Source: a virus
Lineage: Duplodnaviria > Caudoviricetes
Virus record (IMG/VR): IMGVR_UViG_3300009185_000001
Span: 128,001-192,000 of that record
Direction: 5' to 3' (one strand)
DNA: 64,000 nt
Part shown: positions 18,877-27,262 of the stretch, piece after piece
Numbering within the stretch: position 1 is the first letter of the stretch
How the letters are laid out: every line of letters begins with the position of its first letter
Program-made: the position numbers and the translations under genes
Notes under the pieces: model-generated
Told to the model about the DNA's origin: nothing
Seen by the model: only the letters and a program-made list of their open reading frames with translations
Database searches by the model: none

Positions 18877-20655
18877 TTAAAGTTTCTTTAATGAATTAAT
18901 AAATTTAATTATTTCTTCAGTGAGATATTTATTGCCTTCTTTTGTGGGAATATTTGAAATGGCTTTTTCAAATCTGTCATATGCAGGAGCAAATTTACCA
19001 TCTTCATTTAATATCCATTGTTTAGATTCTAGAATACCATTTACAAAAGCAGAAGGAACCGAAGGATCAGCAACAACGTCAACGGCAACAAGTCTAAAAT
19101 CAGCAACACGATTAACACCGGATTTACTTTCTTCTAATCTGCCTAATGCACGACTAGAAACACCGAGCTTAACACCATCCATGATCAATGAACGAACGAT
19201 TTGTCCCATGGGAGTAGAAAGAACTTTTGATTTTCCTTCAAAAATATTGCCATTCTGTTTCAATTCTGTAACAACATGACAAACTCTTTCAAGGTTTATT
19301 TCTGGAGAGTTACCAGTCCAAGAACACTTGCCATTGTCCATGCAATAAAAATTTTCATTTGGAACAGAAACACAATATACTCTGTCATCAAAATCATTTA
19401 CTTCTTCTATTTTTAAAAACCTATCATCCAAACAAACATATTCTGTTTTTGCTATATTTAATTGATATAAGGGAACTTTATTTTCTGCTTTTATTATTCG
19501 ATCTGCAAATTTATAATCTGCTTCGGTAATAATAGTTGTAATATTTCCACATCCGCCAGATTTAAGGAGAATTTCATTGAAATCTAACATTAATTGTTTT
19601 GATGTAGAAAAGATATTTCTGATTTCATATTCTCCAGCTTCTTGAATAACTGTAGAAAACCTACCATCACCTAAATTAAACCAATATATCATTTCCTCTA
19701 AAAGAGGAGCAGAAATATTTTTAAATTGCTTTGGAATTTTTTTATTGTAACAATTAGTTCCAAAATTTTCTTTTAAAAATTGAGAAAGTCTTAAATCTCT
19801 TAAAATAAATGTGGATGTTCCACTAGAAGATATATTTTCAGACCATTTCATTTCTTCTGGAAACTTGGAAAGAAGTTCTCTTATTTGAATTTTTATTTCT
19901 TCTTTTCTTTGTGTAATTCCAATCGTTGTTTCTCTGTGGGTTACGGTATAACCTTCTGCCAACCATATACCCAAAAATTGAACAAATGTTTTATAATCAA
20001 TTTTAGAATCAATTTCTGGATTTATTAAATACTTTCCTTTTTTTAAAGTATTTTTAACTCCTTTTAAAATAAAAAAATCAGGAGTTTCAGCAAACCAGTT
20101 TCCTGTTTTTGGAATTCTGTGTTTATTGTATTTTGTTCTATTATTAAAAATTTCTTCGATTGTAACAAAAACAGGATTGTTATATCTATCAATTAAAAGA
20201 AGTCTGTGAGTAGGAGTAATAAGAGTGTTTATGTTTCTTCCATTTACTCTATACATTTTTCCTTTATATTCTTGATCTATTTTTTTTGTTATTTGATTGA
20301 GTTCTATTTCTCTGGTTTTAGGATTTAAAGTATAAACCTTTTCAGTTTCAGATATTTCGGTTATATTCTTCCAACCATCTTCGCAAAGTATTGATGCTGA
20401 TGATGTTATACAGGAAGGGTGATTCAATTCCCCGGTGGCTCTTTTTGTTACAATCATTTCGTCATTATAACGATTAACTTCTTTAACCATTTCTTCTAGT
20501 GGATAAACTCTTTTATTTTTATTGGCTTCATTAGCCATTAAAAATGGTCCTTGGATATGAAGGATTGAAGGAGTATTTCTATTACGTTCCTCGATGAGGT
20601 ACTGAACATCATAGGTTGGTTGTTCTACTAAAAGACTATAAGCATTTTTTGACAT
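18877..20655 (-). CDS. gp21: Prohead core protease, T4 gp21 family, intein-containing precursor
   Basis: The exteins rejoin as GELNHPS-SPEINLERVCH. Also IQGPFLMANEANKNKRVYP, GVSSRALG and VDVVADPSVPSAFVNGILE. Confidence 0.93.
   Translation of the reverse strand: MSKNAYSLLVEQPTYDVQYLIEERNRNTPSILHIQGPFLMANEANKNKRVYPLEEMVKEVNRYNDEMIVTKRATGELNHPSCITSSASILCEDGWKNITEISETEKVYTLNPKTREIELNQITKKIDQEYKGKMYRVNGRNINTLITPTHRLLLIDRYNNPVFVTIEEIFNNRTKYNKHRIPKTGNWFAETPDFFILKGVKNTLKKGKYLINPEIDSKIDYKTFVQFLGIWLAEGYTVTHRETTIGITQRKEEIKIQIRELLSKFPEEMKWSENISSSGTSTFILRDLRLSQFLKENFGTNCYNKKIPKQFKNISAPLLEEMIYWFNLGDGRFSTVIQEAGEYEIRNIFSTSKQLMLDFNEILLKSGGCGNITTIITEADYKFADRIIKAENKVPLYQLNIAKTEYVCLDDRFLKIEEVNDFDDRVYCVSVPNENFYCMDNGKCSWTGNSPEINLERVCHVVTELKQNGNIFEGKSKVLSTPMGQIVRSLIMDGVKLGVSSRALGRLEESKSGVNRVADFRLVAVDVVADPSVPSAFVNGILESKQWILNEDGKFAPAYDRFEKAISNIPTKEGNKYLTEEIIKFINSLKKL
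19309..20412 (-). mobile_element. Intein (368 aa) with LAGLIDADG homing endonuclease
   Basis: Starts CITSS (Cys1); block B TPTH; FLGIWLAEG and WFNLGDG; block F VYCVSVPNENF; ends TGN followed by Ser+1. Confidence 0.92.
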
Positions 20656-20728
20656 ATGTATTCTTTTTATATATTTATCGATATTGCTATCAACTTTGTT
20701 ATTTATATTTACACTGGAAGATCACTAT

Positions 20729-21193
20729 TCAAGCATTTATATGCTTTTCAGTTAAAATTAAAAACTGATATCCTTTATTTTTAGCATATTGTTCTGCTGC
20801 TTTCCATTTGGCTTGATTTACAGCCCATTGTGTATTTTCATAAATCATTGTTTTAACTTTTTTATTCTTAGTAGCCTCTGGTTTCATGGTTTGCTTGTGA
20901 GGTTTTATTTCTATTAATAATTTTTTTATTTCACCAGATCTGTCTTTAAGAGCAGCAACAAGATCCACGAAGTATCTATGAAGTTTTCCATCTAAGGGAG
21001 ATTGATATGGAACAACAACACTTTCCGATCCCCATGTAATAACATTTAAATTATTATCAAACCAACGAAAAACCTTTAATTCTAAAGAAGAACGATATAT
21101 ACAAGGAAGAGAACCTTTATACTTTTCTGGATTTAATATACTATAAATTCCTTGTATATAGTTGGAATTTTTTTTACCAATTTTAGGTTTCAT
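20729..21193 (-). CDS. gp4: Head completion nuclease, T4 gp4-like
   Basis: YRSSLELKVFRWFD...WGSESVVVPY.SPLDGKLHRYFVD...IEIKP...NQAKW.AA. Confidence 0.9.
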   Translation of the reverse strand: MKPKIGKKNSNYIQGIYSILNPEKYKGSLPCIYRSSLELKVFRWFDNNLNVITWGSESVVVPYQSPLDGKLHRYFVDLVAALKDRSGEIKKLLIEIKPHKQTMKPEATKNKKVKTMIYENTQWAVNQAKWKAAEQYAKNKGYQFLILTEKHINA

Positions 21194-21195
21194 TT

Positions 21196-22083
21196 TTAAC
21201 CGACAAAGAAGCGGATAGGATCTCTGTCAATAGTATCTTTGGTTATTTCTTCTTCTAAAGCAGCCTTTTCCTGAGTTCCTTGTGACATCAAATCACTATA
21301 GTTTAATGTTTGTCCTCCGAATAAGTTGGTTCCAGCAAATTTTCCTCTTGTATGACCAACGGCTATTTTTGTTAAAGCCAAAGTATATCTATAAACCCAC
21401 AGTTGACCTACCAAGTATTTTAAAGGCTTTAGTATTTTACAACCCAGTAATCCAAAGTATGGGGTGCTGCTTTGTTGGGATGGTTCTGGAATAATTTTTA
21501 AAATTTGAGAATCAGGATCAAATCTAAGATAAGGCGTCAGTGCCAATAACTTATCTCTTGTATCTAACCATGTTTTAAGTGCTTGCCAAGTAACTAAATC
21601 ATAACCAACATTTCCAAGCAATTGACCGAAGTATGCTTGTTGAGCAATTGTATTTTCAATAGTAAAAAGGGTATTAACTCCTGTATTATTTCCTTCTGCA
21701 AATGAGAATACGTCTACAACTCTTCTATAATCATCTAAGTCATAATCATAACAAGCACTTAACGAAGGATTGGATGTATTTGAATTATACATGTCTGGAG
21801 TAATGTTCATCAACTTTCCAATCTCAAGACCAACTCCAGATTTATATAGATCGGATCTAAAAATTAAATATTCTTCTTCCAAACCTGCAAATTTCGTGAA
21901 ATATTCGATTGCAATATCAATCATTTCATAGATTTGCTCACTACTAATTTCTATTTGAATTAAAGGTTCGCCCAAGCTTCTACGAACTCTTTGTGCCAAA
22001 AGATCATAGCTTTTAATTTGAGTATTAAAAGTTGTACCGCCATGAAAAGAATTAGGTAAAACTGGTTGTGATGGATAAGGCAT
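21196..22083 (-). CDS. gp13: Neck protein, T4 gp13-like
   Basis: RSLGEPLIQIEISSEQI...AIEYF; KFAGTNLFGGQTLN. Confidence 0.85.
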   Translation of the reverse strand: MPYPSQPVLPNSFHGGTTFNTQIKSYDLLAQRVRRSLGEPLIQIEISSEQIYEMIDIAIEYFTKFAGLEEEYLIFRSDLYKSGVGLEIGKLMNITPDMYNSNTSNPSLSACYDYDLDDYRRVVDVFSFAEGNNTGVNTLFTIENTIAQQAYFGQLLGNVGYDLVTWQALKTWLDTRDKLLALTPYLRFDPDSQILKIIPEPSQQSSTPYFGLLGCKILKPLKYLVGQLWVYRYTLALTKIAVGHTRGKFAGTNLFGGQTLNYSDLMSQGTQEKAALEEEITKDTIDRDPIRFFVG

Positions 22084-22097
22084 ATATAATATACTTA

Positions 22098-22865
22098 TTA
22101 CAATGCTGTCGTAATTAACTGTCCTGAATTATCTACGGTAATTCTCCATCTATTGTTATTCGGTGATCTTAATATCACGCCTTTGTTAAAGTCCGTTACT
22201 TCTATGTCTTCTGTTATACTAGCATTACCCACAACATTTAAAGCTTCTGTAGGACTGTCTGTATTGATTCCAACCTTGTTTGATCCTACATATAAAGAAA
22301 TTGTTTCTTGATTGTTATTAATTTCTAAATTATTGGTTACATATAAACTTCCCGTAGAACTTAAATTATTTACATATGTAAAATTTTCCGCATGACTTGT
22401 TAGATTAGAACCTAAAGTAAAAACATTTTCGTGTTGAATTAAATTATTTGTACCCGCAGCATTAAAAGAATTGTTAGAATCTAATAAAATTTTATTATTA
22501 TATCCTGCACCTATAAATGAAAAATTACTTTGAATTTCATTCTCTTCTCCATTTGTTATTGTAGATGCCGCACCGGAAACTTTATTATTTATGCCATTAA
22601 AAACTGATGAAAATATTTCATCAGCTATATTATTTCCATATTGAAATGAATATGAACTTAGATTCTGATTAAATGTAAATAAATTATGCTCAGAATTTAA
22701 AAAAGAAATTAGAGACTCGTTTTCATCATTAATTTTTTTAAAAAATATCTTACCATCAGCAAGATTCAGTGCCAATTCACCCAATTCTAATGCAGATAAA
22801 TCAGGTGTTCTATTGGAAATTGTTGATCTTTTAAATTTTATGATACTTTCGCCTAGAGATGGCAT
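22098..22865 (-). CDS. Short fibre-like virion protein
   Basis: N-terminal IKFKRS...LELGELALN module, VGINTDSPTEALNV, and C-terminal LRSPNNNRWRITVDNSG. Confidence 0.7.
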   Translation of the reverse strand: MPSLGESIIKFKRSTISNRTPDLSALELGELALNLADGKIFFKKINDENESLISFLNSEHNLFTFNQNLSSYSFQYGNNIADEIFSSVFNGINNKVSGAASTITNGEENEIQSNFSFIGAGYNNKILLDSNNSFNAAGTNNLIQHENVFTLGSNLTSHAENFTYVNNLSSTGSLYVTNNLEINNNQETISLYVGSNKVGINTDSPTEALNVVGNASITEDIEVTDFNKGVILRSPNNNRWRITVDNSGQLITTAL

Positions 22866-22906
22866 AATATATCACATATTTAGTAAAAAAATTGATTTTT
22901 TCAATG

Positions 22907-23074
22907 CTAAAATTCTTCTGCGGCTGAAAGACTTGGAATATTTGATCCGATATATAGAGTTTTATTGGTTTCGTTAAATGCCAATTCACCTTTATTAAGC
23001 ATTGGTGGTGGTCCTGCTTCTCCACTAACTCTTCTTTTAATTAAAATTGTGCTGTATATTCTTTGTTCTTCCAT
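22907..23074 (-). CDS. 55-aa mini-protein consisting only of the fibre N-terminal module (absent from the ORF track)
   Basis: MEEQRIYSTILIKRRVSGEAGPPPMLNKGELAFNETNKTLYIGSNIPSLSAAEEF aligns with the N-terminus of 24099-26498. Confidence 0.75.
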   Translation of the reverse strand: MEEQRIYSTILIKRRVSGEAGPPPMLNKGELAFNETNKTLYIGSNIPSLSAAEEF

Positions 23075-23149
23075 GACTATACTTATACAAAAAAATAAGG
23101 AGTATGCGATTAAACATACTCCTTATTTTATATATTTTTTTAAAAAAAA

Positions 23150-23245
23150 TTATTTCTTTTTGTTCGCCCCTTTTTTGGAAGATTTAGAACCTTCTTTTTT
23201 TGGCTTTTTAACTTCTTTTTTGTGAGCGTTATTTCCTTTGGCCAT
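23150..23245 (-). CDS. 31-aa lysine-rich peptide (absent from the ORF track)
   Basis: MAKGNNAHKKEVKKPKKEGSKSSKKGANKKK; same strand as neighbours with a similar upstream A-rich context. Confidence 0.55.
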   Translation of the reverse strand: MAKGNNAHKKEVKKPKKEGSKSSKKGANKKK

Positions 23246-23270
23246 GATTTTTTCTTTCTATTTTTAAAAT

Positions 23271-23299
23271 CCCTGCACTGGGTTAGGACCAATGCAGGG
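23271..23299 (-). terminator. Hairpin terminator, copy 1 of a direct repeat
   Basis: CCCTGCA..TGG/CCA..TGCAGGG stem followed by ATTTT on minus. Confidence 0.7.
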
Positions 23300-23318
23300 T
23301 CTTATTTAATCGTTTATA

Positions 23319-23996
23319 TTATCCAACAAATTTAACTTTGCCGTAGAATTTAGCTTTACCTTGGATCTTGGTAAGTGTGTTTAAAGTAGGTGTTGTACCT
23401 AATTCCAGCCCAGTTCCATTGTTGTAGAGTTCGGCGACTTCTGCATCGCTCAATGCTCTGTTCCAGATACCAACTGCGTCGATTTGACCGTTGAAGTAAT
23501 TAATATTGCTTCCGCTACCAATAAAAAATTGGTCAACAGTTGCTAAAGTAGATTGAGAAGTTTGAATCAAAGAACCATTAATATAAAGGCTCATGTTTGC
23601 ACCTTCAGTTTTAAAGCAAACGTGATACCAATTATTTGTAGAAACAACCCCTTCGTTGCTTGACATTTGTGGGTAAGTGTAGTCATTCAACCAAACTTGT
23701 CCGTTAGGTTGAATTGCTAAATTTACAGTAGGTGTTGGATAGTTACGAATTCCGAAGAGAGTAGATTCTCCGTCTATAGAATTTGAATTAAACCAGAGCG
23801 AAACTGTAGCGGAATTAGAAAAAGGAATTTGGAAATTCCCATCCATTTCATTTGTTCCATCAAACACAGCAGCATTTCCAATTTTGCCAGAAGCAAAAGA
23901 GACATTGCCGTTGTTGGTGAGGGTGCGGTTGTTGCCGGAGGAGTCGTTTGTATTGTCTAGCTTATAAAAAGCCAATAAGTTGTTTGTAAGTGCCAT
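23319..23996 (-). CDS. LamG/concanavalin A-like domain protein
   Basis: LLAFYKLD...DSSGN, GKIGNAAVFDG, TVSLWFN, WYHV, FNGQIDAVGIWNRALSDAEVAELYN. Confidence 0.85.
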   Translation of the reverse strand: MALTNNLLAFYKLDNTNDSSGNNRTLTNNGNVSFASGKIGNAAVFDGTNEMDGNFQIPFSNSATVSLWFNSNSIDGESTLFGIRNYPTPTVNLAIQPNGQVWLNDYTYPQMSSNEGVVSTNNWYHVCFKTEGANMSLYINGSLIQTSQSTLATVDQFFIGSGSNINYFNGQIDAVGIWNRALSDAEVAELYNNGTGLELGTTPTLNTLTKIQGKAKFYGKVKFVG

Positions 23997-24042
23997 AATA
24001 TTTTGTTTTTTTCTATTTGTTTTTTAATTGTTTTTTTTAAAA

Positions 24043-24073
24043 CCCCTGCACTGGGTTAGAACCAATGCAGGGG
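24043..24073 (-). terminator. Hairpin terminator, copy 2 of a direct repeat
   Basis: Matches copy 1 at 28 of 29 nt; followed by TTTT on minus. Confidence 0.7.
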
Positions 24074-24098
24074 CTTAAGTTTGATTTATTCTAATTTT

Positions 24099-26498
24099 TT
24101 AGAATGATCCACCGTCAAGAACAGAAATCATGTAATCTACATAATTTTTTGTTGTTGCGTCAGTACCTTCTACTGGTTCACCTACGGATTTCAATGTGCG
24201 ATTTCCGATAGCAAGTTTGCCTGTCTCACCCCAACTTAAAACTAAACCTTCGCCGTTAGTTCTATATATTGCACTTTCTTCAAGACTGAGCGTATTAGCC
24301 CAAGCATTTGATGAAATCATACCAGATGAAACTGTAATATCTTCTCCGTTGTTATTTACTTCAAGTCTTGATCCTGAAATTTTAATATTTCCAACTACTT
24401 CGAGTGCTTCGGTAGGAGCTTCGGTATTAATACCTACAACACCATCACCAACAAACAATGAGGTTGATGCACCGCCACCAGAGATTTCTAAACCACCAGT
24501 AGCAGAGATAGTACCTTCAACTGTAACGTCACCAACAACTGTACCACCAGTGCGTTTGTCGAGGTAGTTACCTTCGATGTCGCTAACGCGAGTATCAAGA
24601 GCACCTTCGGCAGCTGTTGCGCGACTTGCTTCAGACGCAAGATCAACAGTAAGAACGCCTTCAGCAGCTGTTGCGCGACTTACTTCAGATGCAAGATCAG
24701 CAGTAAGAACGCCTTCAGCGGCAGTAGCGCGAGCAACTTCGTCAGCTAATGCAGAAGAAGCGGCATTTGCTAATGAGGTAATAGCACCATTAATATCATT
24801 ATCAGCATTTTGGAAAGCTGAAACGATTTCTGTTAAGGAATCAAGCGCAGCAGGGTCAACATTACTGAGAACGTTGTCAATTTGTGATTGAAGACCACTA
24901 ACTTGTGAATCAACTGATGATGACAAGCTTGCGATTGTTGTATTAAGAGTACCAACTTCTGAGGTGATTCTTGAATCAAGAATACCATCAGCTTCAATTA
25001 AAGCATCTATGTTGCCGTTTACATATGCTGTAATATCAGCTGAAACGGAAGCAACGGTTGAGTTTAATGTAGCAACTTCTGAAGCAATTGAGCTTTCGAG
25101 AGCAGCAACTTCTGAATCAATTTTAGAATCAAGAGTAGCTGAAACGGAAGCAACAGTTGAGTTCAATGTTGAAACTTCTGATGCAATTGCTGTCTCAAGG
25201 TCTGAAACTTCTGAAGCAATTGATGCTTCAAGAGTAGCAACTTCTGAGTCGATTTTAGAATCAAGTGTTGAAGAAACAGATTGAACAGTTGTATTCAATG
25301 TTGAAACTTCTGATGCAATTGAGCTTTCAAGTGTTGAAACCTCTGAGTTAATTTTAGAATCAAGAGCGGCTGAAACAGAAGCTAATTGTGTTGAAGCACT
25401 GTTTGCAAGGCTTGTGATTGTATTATTGAGATCACCATCAGCAGCTTGGAAAGCACTTACAATTTCAGTAAGCGAGTCAAGGGCAGCAGGATCGACATTA
25501 CTAAGAACATTGTCAACACGGGTGTTAACAGCGGCTAAGTCTGAAGCAAGAATTGAAGAAACAGATTGAACAGTTGTATTCAATGTTGAAACTTCTGAAG
25601 CAATTGCGCTTTCAAGATCAGCAACTTCTGAGTCAATTTTAGAATCAAGAGTAGCAGAAGCAGATGCCATTGCTGTGCTTAAAGCACCTTCAGCGGCAGT
25701 TGCACGGCTAACTTCAGCAGCTAGATCAGAAGTAAGAACTCCTTCAGCAGCAGTAGCACGACTAACTTCAGCAGCTAAGTCTGAAGAAAGAGCGGCTGAA
25801 ACTGAAGCAACTGTTGAATTTAAAGTTGAAACTTCTGAAGCAATTGCGCTTTCAAGACCAGCAACTTCTGAGTCAATTTTTGAATCAAGAGTTGAAGAAA
25901 CTGAAGCAACAGTTGTGTTTAAAGTTGAAACAGAGCTATCAATTTTTGAATCAAGAGCGGCTTCAACGGCCATAGCACGGCTAACCTCATCAGAGAGGGC
26001 TTGTGCAGAATCTGCTTCGAAGGCGTCTAACTCTGATTGCAAAGAACCAGAAATTGATGACATTGTTGAGTTAACATTGTTAAGAGTATTAACAAGGTTT
26101 GATGCAAAGTTTTCGTCATCACCTAAAGCAGCAGCCAACTCGTTAAGAGTATTGAGTGCTTCTGGAGCCATGTCGATGACAGCAGCGATTTGTGAATCGA
26201 TTTTGGCATCAAGAGTGCTTGAGACTGAAGCAACAGTGCTATTTAAAGCAGCAACTTCACTATCAACTTTAGCGTCTAAAGTTCCGATTTGTGAACTAAG
26301 GTCAGATGAGATAGAACCAACAAGAGTGTTAGTAGCAAATTCACCAGTACCCCCGATAGGTATTACACCATTTTCTGAACCATAGTATAATACTGAGTTT
26401 ACTTCGTTGAATGCCAATTCACCACCAGAAAGAGATGCAGGAGCACCCGCTTCACCAGTAGTACGGCGTTTAATAAGGATTGTGTTAATGTTTGACAT
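24099..26498 (-). CDS. Long coiled-coil fibre protein with tandem repeats
   Basis: Likely start MSNINT at 26498. Repeats SEVxTLNxTVxSVS and AEVSRATAAEG; APEALNTLNELAAALG and two DPAALDSLTEIV modules; C-terminal DATTKNYVD...LDGGSF. Confidence 0.8.
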   Translation of the reverse strand: MSNINTILIKRRTTGEAGAPASLSGGELAFNEVNSVLYYGSENGVIPIGGTGEFATNTLVGSISSDLSSQIGTLDAKVDSEVAALNSTVASVSSTLDAKIDSQIAAVIDMAPEALNTLNELAAALGDDENFASNLVNTLNNVNSTMSSISGSLQSELDAFEADSAQALSDEVSRAMAVEAALDSKIDSSVSTLNTTVASVSSTLDSKIDSEVAGLESAIASEVSTLNSTVASVSAALSSDLAAEVSRATAAEGVLTSDLAAEVSRATAAEGALSTAMASASATLDSKIDSEVADLESAIASEVSTLNTTVQSVSSILASDLAAVNTRVDNVLSNVDPAALDSLTEIVSAFQAADGDLNNTITSLANSASTQLASVSAALDSKINSEVSTLESSIASEVSTLNTTVQSVSSTLDSKIDSEVATLEASIASEVSDLETAIASEVSTLNSTVASVSATLDSKIDSEVAALESSIASEVATLNSTVASVSADITAYVNGNIDALIEADGILDSRITSEVGTLNTTIASLSSSVDSQVSGLQSQIDNVLSNVDPAALDSLTEIVSAFQNADNDINGAITSLANAASSALADEVARATAAEGVLTADLASEVSRATAAEGVLTVDLASEASRATAAEGALDTRVSDIEGNYLDKRTGGTVVGDVTVEGTISATGGLEISGGGASTSLFVGDGVVGINTEAPTEALEVVGNIKISGSRLEVNNNGEDITVSSGMISSNAWANTLSLEESAIYRTNGEGLVLSWGETGKLAIGNRTLKSVGEPVEGTDATTKNYVDYMISVLDGGSF

Positions 26499-26576
26499 AT
26501 TTTTTTTTTTGTATAAAAGACCGCAAAGCGGCATTAATACTTATCCTAATCGATATGCCAATATTTTATTTTTTTT

Positions 26577-26906
26577 TTAAAAAGTTCCACCATCAACAAT
26601 CGGAGTCATATTTTCATATGCTTTTTCCCAATTTGCTGAAAGTCTATCCTGTACGGTATTAACCTCATGAAACGTTTCTTGCCAATTTGCAGTCAATAAT
26701 CCAACATGACTTAACATTTCTTTGTGTTCTGGATTTAAATACATCGCAGAATTTGATATAATATTAGTAGAAGCAACATCAAATTTTTCGTAATTATTTT
26801 GAATAGAATTTAATAATTTATAATAATGTAAAATATTAGGACTGCTATTGTCTATTATAACAGTAACATTATTTGATGTTTGTTCTATTGTTAATTTTTC
26901 ACTCAT
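26577..26906 (-). CDS. Small virion-associated hypothetical protein
   Basis: ATG 26906 overlaps the upstream TGA; SANW-type repeats; ends IVDGGTF like the neighbouring fibre. Confidence 0.6.
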   Translation of the reverse strand: MSEKLTIEQTSNNVTVIIDNSSPNILHYYKLLNSIQNNYEKFDVASTNIISNSAMYLNPEHKEMLSHVGLLTANWQETFHEVNTVQDRLSANWEKAYENMTPIVDGGTF

Positions 26907-27256
26907 CTTGTAGTTGTTGCAAGAATTTCCCATTCTCCCTTTAGATATGTTTTTATATATGCATTTGGTAAAATCGGAAATGTAACTTGTAAATCATAAT
27001 TATATCTTCCGACAGGTATATCTACTGTTCTTGGAGGTATAGATATAATTCCACTTAAAGGTTCTATAATTACTATAGTATCATCTATAGTTGAAAATTC
27101 TATAAATGCAGGAGAAGCAACACTATTTACAGATCGAACCTGAAGAGCTATATTACAATCTGTTAAATCTATGGGCAATCCTTGAGATAAAATAGTTATT
27201 GAAGAAACACCGTCCCAAGTGTCTCCGCTTATATGAGATGGAAAATCGTATGTCAT
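26903..27256 (-). CDS. BppU-like Ig-fold structural protein
   Basis: GDTW...PIDLTDCNIALQVR...GRYNYDLQV...TYLKG. Confidence 0.6.
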   Translation of the reverse strand: MTYDFPSHISGDTWDGVSSITILSQGLPIDLTDCNIALQVRSVNSVASPAFIEFSTIDDTIVIIEPLSGIISIPPRTVDIPVGRYNYDLQVTFPILPNAYIKTYLKGEWEILATTTR

Positions 27257-27262
27257 AATTTA

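Noticed and set aside
22831-23225. Track ORFs 22831-23025(-) and 22965-23225(+)
   Set aside because: A different minus frame (22907-23074) has clear paralogy and 23150-23245 fits the operon; these two are shadows.
24196-26385. Long plus-strand ORFs (24196, 24577, 24964, 25675) opposite the coiled-coil fibre
   Set aside because: Antisense shadows of a repetitive GCT/TCT-biased gene; no starts, promoters or independent motifs.
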